A stretch of DNA of 64,000 bases from Eledone cirrhosa (GCA_964016885.1 OZ024743.1:253704001-253768000); one strand, 5' to 3'; counted from the first letter of the stretch, positions 28,879-44,374 are shown. Numbers and translations are program-made. The notes: a model not told the origin generated them from the letters alone.

Positions 28879-29386
28879 TTGGCGTAACAATAAAGTCTTT
28901 AGAATAGGAGGCTGTGTGACATATATTTCAGTAAATGTAGTTAATTTTAGTTGGAATTTGAGCTTTGTTGTAGGCATCTGATATTCTGTATGATGCTGCA
29001 TTTTGTCAGGCCTATGCATAATTATTTTGATCTCATTCTTAGGGGTTTATAATACATACATTGAATTGCTCATATCCACAAATGATCAAACAATCCCCCT
29101 ATAGTCCAAACCTAAACATACACATACAGAGATATATAGAGCTAAATATCACAGATAAGATGATGAAGGAATTCTAAAAATGGAGGGAGACTGTGGTGGA
29201 AAGGACCTGTCTAACCCTTGCAAACATTGCAAAACAGACATATGATGATGATTATATATATATATATATATATGTATATTTACATTTGTGTATGCACACA
29301 TATATGGAAAACTGCTTTTTTCAACATATTGAAAATGCCATGTTTCCAATACACCACAGGCATGTAATCATGTATGTGTCTGTGAG

Positions 29387-29502
<116 letters not shown>

Positions 29503-29596
29503 TATATGCAGAGTTATATTTAATTTGTTGGGATTCAACAAGCTTAAACATTTCATAACTGATATAAAGCACTCAACAAGTTAGTGGAGTAAATAC

Positions 29597-30001
29597 ACAA
29601 TATATTAATAAATGGAAACTATATTTATAAAACCATAATTATTTTATTATACATATTTCAAGGGCAACCAAGGTAAATTATGGTGCGCTTTCATCAGATA
29701 CAATGCAGATTTGTTTTATAAATAAATATTGACATACCCGGGAAAAAAAAAGACAACCTTAACAGTTGGAGCTTCCTGGATAATGGAGATAGTACATTTA
29801 TTGATGTACTATCTCCACTATCCAGGAAACTCCAACCGTTAAGGTTGTCTTTTTTTTCCGGGTATGTCAATATTTATTTATAAACCAAATCTGTATTTTA
29901 TCTGATGAAAGCGCACCATAATTTACCTTGGTTGCCCTTGAAATATGTATAATAAAATAAATATGGTTTTAGAAATATAGTTTCCATTTATTAATATATT
30001 G

Positions 30002-30002
<1 letters not shown>
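29597..30002. mobile_element. ~400-bp fold-back insert with hammerhead motif in each arm (family E)
   Basis: Arms centred near 29800 (gagatagtacat..atgtactatctc). Plus arm 29896-29957 reads ttttat-CTGATGA-aag..ctt-GAAA-tat-GTA-taataaaa. Homologous to 44375-44560 and 59382-59767. Confidence 0.85.
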
Positions 30003-30038
<36 letters not shown>

Positions 30039-30370
30039 AGCATACGTATGATGATGATGATACAAAAAATGCACTAGGCAGTGTTTTGAATAATACTGAA
30101 TTCTGATATATTGAAATACACAATTACCCTTGCCCTATATGTTTAGTTTGTGAAGCAAAAAAGTATTTGATAATTCATGTTGCTTAATAATATTATATAT
30201 TGGTTTCAAATGTTATCTCTCTTTCTTATTCTGACTGCCTGCACCTCTCTCTCCCTGCTTCTAGTTATCCCACAGAATGTTACGTGTCTTGTAGAATGTA
30301 GTACAAAATGTAGTAAAAATTAAACAGACACACACACATGCACACATGCATGCACAGACACACATATATA

Positions 30371-30468
30371 TAGCGTGACCCAAAAACTGTATACACACTT
30401 TGATTACCTGTACAGACAATATTTATTAGAATGTTGTTGAGGTGTGTATACATTTTGGGGACAACCTA
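30371..30468. mobile_element. Tc1/mariner-type MITE
   Basis: TIRs tagcgtgacccaaaaactgtatacacac / gtgtgtatacattttggggacaaccta, flanked by TA. Confidence 0.55.
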
Positions 30469-30714
30469 TATATATGTGTGTGTGTGTGTGAGTATATACA
30501 CACACAGATACATATATGTATTTAATTATATATAAACATACATGAGAGTGTGTAGAGTGTGTGTCTTTTGACTCTAAATATGTTGCAAGGGAGTTTATGT
30601 CAACTTGGTTACCTACTGATATGACATATTACAGAGTTTTAATAAAACTCGATATGTTTGGTTTTCCAATTTAAAATATATATTTGCAGCAATCATTTTC
30701 TATATAATATTATA

Positions 30715-30895
<181 letters not shown>

Positions 30896-31014
30896 TGAAG
30901 AATTACATTAAATTATTCGTAGCTACAGTTGGAATTATTTTTTATATATATACTTTTACATGAAATTCGAACAAATTTAGGAAATGAAATTGACATATGT
31001 GTACTAACACACAT

Positions 31015-31094
<80 letters not shown>

Positions 31095-31639
31095 GTATAT
31101 GTGTGTCGATTTGGGTGTGTGTGCACGATTGGGATTATTTCATTTTGTTCTGCAATCTAATCATGCACATATCTAAAAAATATATATAGATTAAAAACAT
31201 AGAATTGATGTGAGGTTAGGATTTTGGATAAGTAATTATATACACACATAGGTTCAAATCTAGCTAGCCTACCTTCATAAAACCTATATAACTATATGTG
31301 CATCATTTTGCTTGAATGAAATATATTTCATAAGCATTTAATGTTTGTATATTCAGCTATGAAAAGTGGACATCAAGTGATGATAATGGCAGTGGTAGTG
31401 GGGCTGCTGCTAGTGGTGATGGTGGTTGTGGGGATGATGATAAAAATAGATGTATTTAGAACTTTACCAACAATTGGTCACATGAAACAGACATACACAC
31501 GCACACACATGTTTATTGATATATATATATATATATATGTATATACATGCACGTAGCAATCAACTCTTCACAGTTGCTACTCCTGTACTGAGATTCCTAC
31601 AGTTTTATGCAATTCATATATTCATATATATATGAAAAT

Positions 31640-32275
31640 GGCGACAACAGACCGAGAAACCATGTTGGAGAATATTTGTCCTAAGTCAACTGGATTATTT
31701 CTCCCACTGTTGGTCACTCCATAGAGCCAAACTAACCATCGAGCTTGAAGCAAACTAGCGAAGCTACACCAAGAGAATTGGTACAATGAAAAAGATAATC
31801 TACTGGGATAGGCTAAAAGACCTAAATCTCTACTCTTTGGAATGAAGGTTGAAGAGGTACATGGTGATACACACATGGAAGAACCTGGAAGGACTAGCAC
31901 CAAACTTTGGCATTGAGAACTGGAACAGCCCTAACCTTTAGTGCTAAATGTCCCGTCTTTCACATCTAGAATAAGGAGCAGATATTGCAATAGCCTGTCG
32001 TTCAAAGGCCCCAAATTCATTCATAAGTTGCCATGAAACATGAGAAATCTACATAGTGTGAATGTGGATGTTTTCAAGAAATAACATGATAGTTTACTAA
32101 CAAAGATCCCAGATGATCTACAGCACAGAATGAAAATAACCTAAAGCAGCAGCAATGAACTCCCTCCCACATCAATGGCCAGCCAACCCAGACTTGGTAT
32201 ACAAAGTGAAGCAATAAGGGTGGGGTCCCAGCATGGCCCCAGTCGAATGGCTGGATCATGTAAAAGAGTAAAAAA

Positions 32276-32276
<1 letters not shown>
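31640..32276 (+). mobile_element. decayed 3' end of a CR1/L2-group LINE
   Basis: Hand translation IYWDRLKDLNLYSLE*RLKRYMVIHTWKNLEGLAPNFGI ... NSLSFKGPKFIHKLP*NMRNL..VDVFKK*HDSLLTKIPDD. The tail ggtcccagcatggcc..gctg..gtaaaagag is also seen at 15818-15868. Confidence 0.75.
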
Positions 32277-32312
<36 letters not shown>

Positions 32313-32316
<4 letters not shown>

Positions 32317-32519
32317 AAAAGAGTCAAGAGCCGATGGGTGAGCTCCGGCCGTTTCAACAGCTAGATCCGAACTAAGCCAGAGTTCTGGCATAGTTCTAGT
32401 TTTCGAAATGGCCGGAACTCAGCCGTCGGGATCCTGACTCTTTTCTTTATACCCACTCTACTACCCTAAGTATCGAGTACTCTGGTGCGTCTTCTCGGTT
32501 TCTTACCACACATTCTTTG

Positions 32520-32521
<2 letters not shown>
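32313..32521. mobile_element. fold-back insert in (TA)n (family F), with tail
   Basis: Arms gaaaagagtca...gagctccggccgtttc / gaaatggccggaactcagccgtcgg...gactcttttc. The tail acccactctactaccctaagtatcgagtac is the reverse complement of 55552-55581. Relatives at 24315-24380, 55505-55699 and 61531-61580. Confidence 0.75.
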
Positions 32522-32574
<53 letters not shown>

Positions 32575-32739
32575 TTTTAACTAAGAAACATCGGAGCTAT
32601 CTTTTCCTTTATACACACATATATATATAAAGGAAAAGATACCTCCAATGTTTCTTAGTTAAAATAATTGTGTTACATATGTCCTACCCTTGCAAGCAGG
32701 GAAAGGTGGACGTAAAATGATGATGATGATGATGATGAT

Positions 32740-33792
32740 GTCATTTAATTCTAGAATTTACTTTCAAAAAAATATACAATTAAGATATATGCAGAATATA
32801 AGTAGAAAAATGTTATATATTATTTTGTATATGATTATAAGGTATTTTATATTAGATGTTTTCAAAGATGAGAATTCTTTTATATATGTATTTAGATAGT
32901 ATTATCAACATGAATGTATGTGTTAAATTCTAAGTAGTGAAAAAATATGATTACAGACATCATAAGTATATTTAGAAACATTATCAAAATTATCACAAAA
33001 AATATATATTTCAAAATATCATTGAAAACCATTAAAAAGAATATCATTTGAAAACTATTAGATAAAAAGAAAAATATCATTTATAAATCGCCACAAAATC
33101 TCGACAAAAACACAGTGAAGGCATATGAAATGAAAACGAGTGAAATATATTCTATAGATTAAAGATACTTCTGAAAGTCATTCTTTGTCGATGTCTACAA
33201 GAACTGAATAATTCTTTCTTTTTGTTAATAGAGTTTTGGCAGGTAAGTATATAAAATATTTCTTCAATACACAAATGACAAATTCTTGAGAGGGCTATAT
33301 TTCGGTGTGCGATCGCTTTCAAAATCGTTCCTCAAGAGATTGAATAGTCAATATCATTGTCTTTTAAGTACCAAATTAGATGTGAAAGTGATTTAGAAAA
33401 GTTTTTATCGGTTCTGTTAAAAGTATGTTTGTGATTATACCAGCGTTCTTTAAATTTTGTGGAAACACCTCTTGCATAACTACAAAGCTCCGGGTTGAAT
33501 AGCAACAACATTCTAATTTTCTAATCAACTTGAACAATTTATTCCGGACATTCGCAATTATCTCCCTTACATCTTACGTCCGTAGGTGAAGTGACCGTTT
33601 CTACGCTTGTGCGTTTATACGGTTGTACTTCCTGTTCCGGATAACCATTACCAGTCCGAGCTGAAGATTCGCTTAAGATGAAACAATTGTTCTTGGTATG
33701 GTGAATTAACTGATTTGTTACTACTTCTACCAAACTCGTCCATGGACTGAATGCTCTACCTTTACGATTTTACCTTCCAGTGTTCTACCACT
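32740..33792 (-). mobile_element. decayed Penelope-like element: GIY-YIG C-terminus plus inverted pseudo-LTR
   Basis: Minus strand ~33285-33188 translates CHLCIEEIFYILTCQNSINKKKELFSSCRHR, like the ends of the PLE ORFs at 45450 and 51980. A plus-strand family-D pLTR with hammerhead lies at 33610-33792. Confidence 0.7.
33656..33696 (+). ncRNA. minimal type I hammerhead ribozyme motif
   Basis: ccgag-CTGAAGA-ttcgcttaagat-GAAAC-aatt-GTT-cttgg; stem I ccgag/cttgg, palindromic stem III ACAAUUGU; stem II weak. Confidence 0.6.
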
Positions 33793-33799
33793 CTCTCTA

Positions 33800-33853
<54 letters not shown>

Positions 33854-33857
33854 TATA

Positions 33858-34125
33858 CTAGCAGTGGTACCCGGCGTTGCACGGGATAAGGTATTTTGGA
33901 ACGCGGTCCACCAACATACCCAATCGTGGAAAAACTGCATGCCAGGAAATATGTAAAGAAAATGAACCGAATACTCTGATGGCTGGATAATCTTTAAGAT
34001 TTTCCTCGATGAAGCAGGAAAAGTGCAGGTTTTTACCTAATGCGGGCCCTAGGGGATCAGGAAAATGAATTTTTTTAAGTGCATAATATGCCTTGAAATT
34101 TCGGGCAATTTCGGGAAAATCAGTT
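33858..34125 (-). mobile_element. Helitron-like 3' end fragment
   Basis: Minus strand ends cccgtgcaacgccggg (hairpin)-taccactg-CTAG|T, the canonical Helitron 3' signature. Confidence 0.6.
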
Positions 34126-34144
34126 ATATATATATATATATATA

Positions 34145-34306
34145 TTAGAAAGTGAGGTTAGTTTTACAAAATGAAAAATAACCCAGGTGTCTTACACTAG
34201 TGAAAGTATAAAGAAAAAAGATGAAATCGAAAATGCAACTAGAGTCTTATTTTTAAAAAAATATATATATTTTTTTAAATAAGACTCCTGTTGCATTTCC
34301 GATTTC

Positions 34307-34313
<7 letters not shown>
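34145..34313. mobile_element. short fold-back insert, family B
   Basis: Same tail and left arm as 12358-12480 (tagaaagtgagg...ggtgtc.tacactagtgaaa...atgaaatcgaaaatgcaact.gagtctt), but it folds back earlier, at atatatatat 34261-34270. Confidence 0.8.
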
Positions 34314-34361
<48 letters not shown>

Positions 34362-34872
34362 TCTTTGTTAAAATAATCTAATTAAATTAATTCAACAGTT
34401 AAACACACATAGGAATAATAAGGTTTTTACCAAGGAGCCAGTAGATTGACAAGTCGATCCTAAATATGATTAATAGCTCTAGGAAAGCCAAGAACAACAC
34501 CACAACATTTTAACTTTGATTTTGAAAGTATGGTTTATAATTATTAATTTTCAGTATACTTTTGTAGCTCTCTCAGCGGCCTAGTTGGAGGAAGCATAGA
34601 CGGTGGAGATCCTGCTTTGAAGTTTGATCATGAGAGGGAGTAGTATTCCTGGTAAAGCTTTGCAGTTTTTTACTATGGCAAGTAAAATAAAAACTGAAAA
34701 AGATTATATGTACCTCTCGGCCAGGTTAGAACACAAGACCAGGATCTCCAACGTCACTAGCACCTACAGCTAGTCCACTGAGACAGGTACAAAATATTAT
34801 GAAAATGTATACTGACAAAACTAATTTCAAAATTTCAATAATGACCATTTGGTCTTTCACACTCACTCAGTT

Positions 34873-35004
<132 letters not shown>

Positions 35005-35822
35005 TATATGGAGTGTATATGTGTACATGTAAATGTGTATATATAGATTTTTATATATGCATACATGACATGTTGGCAACTTGTGCAAAAATCCCTAGGG
35101 ATTTTTGTACAAGTTGACAATATATATATATAAACAATATATTAATAAAAACAATGAAGTAAAATCAACGAACAGGTTTCTTATATTGAAAAATTCATCA
35201 TTTTACGATCGTTTCTGGGATATATGTGTGTGTTGGTATGTATATCATGTTAAAGATCTATGTAAAAAAATTACAGATGATCCGAGGAGATAAACATCCC
35301 TTCACATATACAGGCCATCTTCATACGGATTGGACACTATCGGGAATCTCACTTTATTAACAAATACGGACCTCGTCGAAACATTTCTCCCTAAGACGAA
35401 CCCACAACATACACACGTCCACATACATACCTACATCAACATACATCCTACATACATTTCTATCCACAAGTATCCAATACGGCAGGGCCTAATGGATTCC
35501 CTTGCAGTACGTACAATCTCGACACACTCACACACACCTTGGTGTTATGATAATACTATACATCATTTCACCTCTTTTATTATTGAACATTCACATAACT
35601 TCTACCGACCAATCAAAATTATAGTGCTTATTCACGTGACATTCAACAACCAACCAAATCACGAACGCTCTATCTCACAATTATTTTTGAAAAGCATTTG
35701 AAATGCGCAACCAGTGAAAATCTTAAAACTAACACTGAATACTAACCATTCCTTATTTATACTTATTCCTAATTAAACTATTTTTCACTGGAAAAAATCT
35801 GTCAGCATTTTCTTTTCCTTTT

Positions 35823-37830
<2,008 letters not shown>

Positions 37831-37848
37831 TATATATATATATATATA

Positions 37849-38023
37849 TAGATGAGATTCTACAGGACTAGAACTGCTTCATTCTTTAGAAATCATCTGT
37901 TGATTTCTAAAGAATGAAACAGTTCTAGTCCTGTAGAATCTCATCTATATTAAAACTTTTATACTCTGCAATGTATTGAGTACCTTACTTACTATGGTTA
38001 CCTCCGATTCAACCCGGAATAAC

Positions 38024-38024
<1 letters not shown>
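37849..38024. mobile_element. fold-back insert in (TA)n with tail
   Basis: tagatgagattctacaggactagaactg.ttcattctttagaaatca-tctgt-tgatttctaaagaatgaaacagttctagtcctgtagaatctcatcta; tail extends to 38024. Confidence 0.8.
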
Positions 38025-38053
<29 letters not shown>

Positions 38054-38055
<2 letters not shown>

Positions 38056-39270
38056 CGGAAAAAATGAAACGAAATTTCATTTCCCACTCTTAGTACGGCT
38101 GTTACTTAAATATAAGTATGTACACGTACATACATATATGTATACAGACGTACAGTAGTATGTATATATATATATACATACATGCAGACATATATATATA
38201 TGTACGTATGGATTCAGCGAACATTTATTATAATGCTCGGTGTGTTTGTAAACAAACATCCCGTATTAAGCCGTAGTGTCTAGCAACCTTCGTTGCTCGT
38301 TTGTTCAACACTGACAAAGGAACGCTGTACTAGTTTCAAGCTTATTAGCTATCGTCAGAAACGTATACCTTCCTGCCAGATTGTTGAACGTATATACTTA
38401 CCTTATGCATATTAACGGCTGAGTAGCCCAATTTGCATATCGAGTAGGTTAATCGGCCGGGTGCACCGAAAACGATTAACGGAAAAAATGAAACGAAATT
38501 TCATTTCCCACTCTTAGTACGGCTGTTACTTAAATATAAGTCTGTACACGTACATACATATATGTGTACAGACGTACAGTAGTATGTATATATATATACA
38601 TGCACACATATATATATGTACGTAATGATTCAGCGAACATTTATTATAATGCTCGGTGTGATTGTAAACAAACATCCCGTATTAAGCCGTAGTGTCTAGC
38701 AACCTTCGTTGCTCGTTTGTTCAACACTGACAAAGGAACGCTGTACTAGTTTCAAGCTTATTAGCTATCGTCAGCAACGTATACCTTCCTGCCAGATTGT
38801 TGAACGTATATACTTACCTTATGCATATTAACAGCTGAGTAGCCCAATTTGTATATCGAGTGTGTTAATCGTCCGAGTGCACCGAAAAAGGATTAACGGA
38901 AAAAATAGAACGAAATTTCATTTCCCACTCTTAGTATACGTTAGGTATACGTTGCTGCCGATAGCTAATAAGCTTGAAACTAGTACAGCGTTCCTTTGTC
39001 AGTGTTGCTAGACACTACGGCTTAATACGGGATGTTTGTTTACAAACACACCGAGCAGTATAATAAATGTTCGGTGAATCCATACGTACATATATATATG
39101 TGTGTGCATGTATGTATATATATATATACATACTACTGTACGTCTGTATACATATATGTATGTACGTGTACATACTTATATTTAAGTAACAGCCATACTA
39201 AGAGTGGGAAATGAAATTTCGTTTCATTTTTTCCGTTAATCGTTTTCGGTACCCCCGGCCGATTAACCCA
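38054..39270. mobile_element. family A array: two direct ~416-bp units plus an inverted unit, each with a hammerhead motif
   Basis: aacgctgtactagtttcaagc at 38321 and 38737 (offset 416); a third unit starts at ~38894; inverted copy at 38945-39270. Confidence 0.9.
38738..38780 (-). ncRNA. minimal type I hammerhead ribozyme (intact core); sister copies at 38322-38364 (-) and 38949-38991 (+, A6 to C)
   Basis: Reverse complement acgttg-CTGACGA-tagctaataagctt-GAAAC-ta-GTA-cagcgt: 6-bp stem I, stem II agct/agct, palindromic ACUAGU stem III. Confidence 0.8.
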
Positions 39271-40140
39271 ATCGGAAGGTTGTTAATTCGATTCTCAGAC
39301 TGGGTGATGCATTGTATCCTTGAGCAATACCCTTTATTTCACGTTGCACTAGTATACTCAGCTGTAGAAATGAGTTGTGACGTCATTGGTGTCGAGCTGT
39401 ATCAGCCATTGCCTTTCTCTTGGACATCATCGGTGACGTGAAGAGGAGTGACTGGTAGGCATGGGCGGCTGCTGGTATTCCACAAACAACTTTGCTTGGA
39501 CTTGTGCCTTGGGAGAATATGTCTAGGCACAAATCCCATGGTCATTCGTGGCCGAAGAGAGTCTTTACCTTACCTACCCTATATATAAACACATACATTT
39601 TAAAAAACAGTCTTTATTATATACAGATATGTAAATTCATATCAGTACATAAACAGCATAAGATGTAACCAAAGCTACTGGAAATGTGTGTATAAATACT
39701 CTCAATTATATATGAAAACATGTATACATATGTACACATAGAAATATACGTTTCTCCATAGATTGAAAAGATGAACAACTTGATCTAAGTTTAAGTGTTT
39801 CTTCACCCTATGATGAAATATGTAAATAATATATGTTTGCATTTTAAATATATAAATATGTGTTTATATACACATATCTCATGGTTTATGTAAAGCCCTC
39901 TAGTGTGTGTGTGCATATGCCAGATTCTAGTATACTTCAGCTGCTTTGTGCATAGATGGTTGGGTAAGTAGATAGGTGGGTAGGTGGGTTTAGATAGGTA
40001 GATACAGAAATAGATAAATTGATTGATAAGTTTATGTAAGCTACCTTGAAGGTGTATGTCGTACAGTTTATGTGATGTGGTGAAATCTCTTGTATATACA
40101 GACACACAAACATGTGCACATTATCATTTGAATAATTATG

Positions 40141-40281
40141 GAGGATAGACAGATAGATAGATACATACATACATACATACATAGATGCATATATAAATAC
40201 ATACATAAAGACATACATATATACATACATACATACATACATACATACATACATACATACATACATACATACATACATACA

Positions 40282-40310
<29 letters not shown>
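40141..40310. repeat. (ATAC)n tetranucleotide microsatellite
   Basis: Directly visible. Confidence 0.95.
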
Positions 40311-40312
<2 letters not shown>

Positions 40313-41530
40313 TTCTAAATATGTACCTTGAAGGTATATGTCATATAATTTCTGTGAGTTTGGTGTAACAAATTCTAATTAATTTAATGGTATCATCTGT
40401 GTTCTTCAATTCTAATTCCACCTGATGGCAGTGAATAGCTTTGCATCATAATTACTTCAGAGTTACTCCAAGAATTAAAGAACAACAATATGCAGGAATG
40501 AAGCGTTTCCATTGTAATCCTATTAGTGGCTTAAAGCAGCAGCTAAATCTTCACCAGAAACATTTCTTATGTTTCTTCTGCAAGGAATCCATAGATCCCT
40601 TGGCAAAGGAAAACAAACATGCTTACATTCTTCAGAATTTCTCTCGTCTCCAGAGAAATGCAGTACATACAGGACCTGTATAAAAGTCAGTGTAGTGAAG
40701 TATGTTGTGGTTTTTATTGGCTGGAAGTGAGAAAGCAGGAGAGCCGAAGGGACTTCTTTCAAGTGGGTTTGAAAGGTAAGGTGTATGTGTGTGTATGTGT
40801 GTGTGTGTGTGTAAGTGTGTTCATGAGTACATGTGTGAGTGTGAATAAGAAACTGCCAATCTCTGTTGTGACTGTTTCATAAGTGTGAGGCATTCCAAGT
40901 TGATTGAGAGAGCATAAAAGAGCTGAGGTTAAAAATTCCCCAAGTGCATTCCAGAAGAGAGATATACGATTTATATAATTTTAAGCACAATAAATTAAGA
41001 TCCTCTGCTGTGGACTACAAAAGAGTACTCTGCTTGGAATATAATTGGAAAAGAATTATGTTTGCAGCATCAGAATTTATAATGTTTTATTAATTTATTA
41101 TCTATATTTTGTCTTTGTAGACTATCACAGCCATCCTCAGACTAGTTTTTGTTTAGTTTCTTTTTTCTTTTTTTAAATATTTATAATTTAGTTAGTGAAT
41201 ATGTTTAATTATGAAATCAAAGTGTTAATCATACATTCTTAAAAACTGGGACTACATTTATTACCTCATCATTATTATTATCATTTTGTGTTTTCTTGGC
41301 TTGCATGGGTTAGACAGCTTGTCAAATTTTAATGCTAGACAGGTCAAATGACTGCATTTTGATATATATATTAGGGTGTTCCAGAATCCCACATTTTACA
41401 CAAAAGTGTTTTTTTTCTTAGCTCCCTATGCATTGTCTCATGCCATTTTGTATATTATCAATTTATAATGTAATTTTGATTATTTCAGACTAATTTAAGC
41501 ATCGCCTAATAGTTACAAATTGGCAGAATA

Positions 41531-44037
41531 ATGGCGGAAACCAGTGGGCCTTGTTTTAGCTACACGCTCCGTTGTGATGATCGAGAAATATGGTTCCTGG
41601 GGCAATATGTTACATCCTTTTCACCAAACAAAATACCAACAAAGGAGGATGTTCTAAGATATTTCTCCTACCTGAAAGATGGTGCTATGAAACACGAAAA
41701 GCATGTGAGCTTCAATGGTGCTATTGCGGATCGGCTTGTGATGAGAGTAGTTAGTCAGTGGGAAAAAGCTGGTGTGGCGACTCAACGAAAAGACAAAGTG
41801 AAACTGAAAATTATGAACATGTACAGTGAATACAGAAATTTACAGAAAAAACAAAGTTTCTAAGTCAAAGAAAGAAAAGGAAGCATTAATTGGCAGTATC
41901 GGTAGAGGGTCGGACGCCATGCTTTGCAGCAAAGAGTTACGGCCCTTTATGATCTGAGTTCAAATCCCGCTGAGGTTAACTTTGCCTTTCATCCTTACGG
42001 GGTCGATAAAATAAAGTACCAGTAATGTACTTGGTAATTGCTGGCCTTGTGCCAAAAGTAGAAACAATTATTTATTTCTAAATTGGATTTGTATTTCTAC
42101 ATTGCACATACTGATGTTGAAAAGAAAATTTTGAAAGACCGTCTTCGTAATAATGAACAGAAAATGGAAAATGCTACATTTCTCGAAGCCCTGTGTTGCC
42201 AGTAAAAAGTATCTATGGGTACTGAAGACAAGGGTTACCAGAAAAAGGTATTTTCAAAATTTAAGCGTGATCAGGTTTCTGTGACTCGTCGAGAGTCAGA
42301 GAACCATAGAAAGCGTTTCTCAGGATCTGTAGCAGCACAACTTTCACGTAATGAACTGAATGATTGGAGTTCAACCAATGATGAAACTGAAGATGAACAG
42401 GATCCTGAATTTCAGTCCTCAAACTCACACAGAGACAGCTCAAAGTCAGACAAGAAACGAAAAATCCAGCTGGAACTCCCAAAGAATCCATTTGAAAGTC
42501 CCAAAATTTCTCTAATGGATGATCGTTTAAACCTGACACTGGGCCAGAGAGCAGCATTTGTGGCATCGATTATTTCTGAGGGTGGGACTGACATAGACGC
42601 CACAACTCTCTACAGCAGCTAAGAAGATCAGAACTGTAATCTTCTTAGCTGCTGTTCCATAAAGGGACAATTTCCTGTACCAGACTTTGTTACCTTGCAT
42701 TGGGATGGCAACATAATTCCTGGTGACCACGAGAGGTTAGGTGTGCTAGTTGCTGGAACTCCGGACTTCAGAGAAGGTAAACTCCTCGCTGTTCCCATAA
42801 TTCCTGATGGCACTAGAACCACCCAAGCCAAAGCATCATTTGATCTTGTTAAATATTGGAATGTTGATGGGTCTGTGGTGGGCTTGGTCTTCGACACTGC
42901 TTCGAATTCTGGATGGAAAAATGGTGCCTGCGTGAAAATATAAGAGATGCTCAACAAAAAGGTGTTTTATTTGCATGTGTGCACCATGTCATGGAGCGTA
43001 TCTTGTGTGCAGTGTGGCAAAAACTATTCGGAGCAATGACCAGTCCAGACACCCCAGAGTTCAAGGAGTTCAAAAATGATTGGGTGTCACTCACGGACAA
43101 GAACAACTTTAAAACATTGAACATTGTCAACCGAGACTCAAACGTCTGTGTTCTGAGAACATGAAGTTCCTCCAAGATTTACTGACATCCGATGATAGGA
43201 AAATGAGTTCTCTTCCACGGGACGACTACCGAGAATGTGCCGATTTGATGTTGATCTTGCTTGGTGTCACCCCTCCTTGTGGAATTCATTGGATGCTGCC
43301 TGGTGCACATCATAACGTTCGGTGGATGTCCACAATCATCTATAGTGCAAAGATGTAAGCATTTGGTGAGCGACTCAATTACGATCAAGCTAAAAGGGAA
43401 AAGTTGCGCTGGATCTGTATGTTCAATGCTCTGTTCTACGAGCGATACTGGCTGACAGCAGTCAAGTGTGCTGATGCACCATCCAATGACCTTCAATTCT
43501 ACGTGGAGTTAGTTGACACAGTACAGTAAGGTTGACAGAGATCTCTCGCAGGCAGCCACTACTGCTCTGCGCAGGCATCTTTGGTACCTGACGGAGGAAG
43601 CCATTGCGTTAGCGCTGTTTTCAAGTCGGGTCCAAGAGTCCGAGAAGAAACAAATAGCCCAACGTCTTGTCAAAACTAAAACGTCTGGGCCTCTCGACTG
43701 TGGTGCTCCAGTATTTCCCGAGTTGAAGTCGTCCACAAAGCTGCCTCATCTAGTTGAGAAGAAATCAAGGCTTCTGTTCGATATCCTTGGTCTCGACGAT
43801 ACTTGGCTTGGGCTGTCACCTGCAACTTGGTCATCGCAAGCGTCATATCAAAATGCCTGTGCTGTTGTTCACAGTATCAAGGTAGTAAACGATCTGGCGG
43901 AGAGAGCAGTCAAGTTGATAACTGATTTTGTTGCTATCACCAAGAATGAGGAGGAGAAGCAGTGTGTTCTTCAAGTAGTCGAAGCTCATCGTCGCAAAGT
44001 CCCATATTTCAAAAAAGAAACTCTGAAAAAAATATAA
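41531..44037 (+). pseudogene. disrupted DDE transposase (hATm-like)
   Basis: Successive ORF pieces carry HWDG, VFDTASNSG..GAC, FACVHHVME, PRDDYRE, PGAHHNVRWM, RRHLWYLTEE..ALALF and KVVNDLAERAVKL; split by stops, frameshifts and a SINE. Confidence 0.8.
41888..42072 (+). mobile_element. Meta-like tRNA SINE nested in the transposase gene
   Basis: ttggcagtatcggtagagggtcggac...gagttcaaatccc...tttgcctttcatccttacggggtcgataaaataaagtaccag. Confidence 0.8.
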
Positions 44038-44330
44038 CTGGAGTTAACTTAACTGAACTTGTTTCTTCCTTGTACGCCTTTATATTCAAAGCTGGTTACT
44101 AAATATAATGGATTAATAAAATAAACAATTATTGTATGGTCATATTTGGTTTCCCATTTTCATGATTTGATGCAACATAATCACACTTTCCACTATAATC
44201 ACCATGATATAGGCAAGGCTCAAACTAATTTATTTGATAAGAAATATGTTTTATATTACCAATGGGGGCATTTATAATGGGCAAATACACAGGGAGCGTT
44301 ATTATTGTGACCTTGCTTTTTATGGCACAC

Positions 44331-44374
<44 letters not shown>

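Larger units (their letters stand above)
41372..44334 (+). mobile_element. hAT-superfamily (hATm-like) DNA transposon, full length but inactivated
   Basis: Termini TAGGGTGTTCCA / TGGCACACTCTA are imperfect TIRs, with 8-bp ATATATAT on both flanks; contains a fragmented transposase. Confidence 0.8.
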
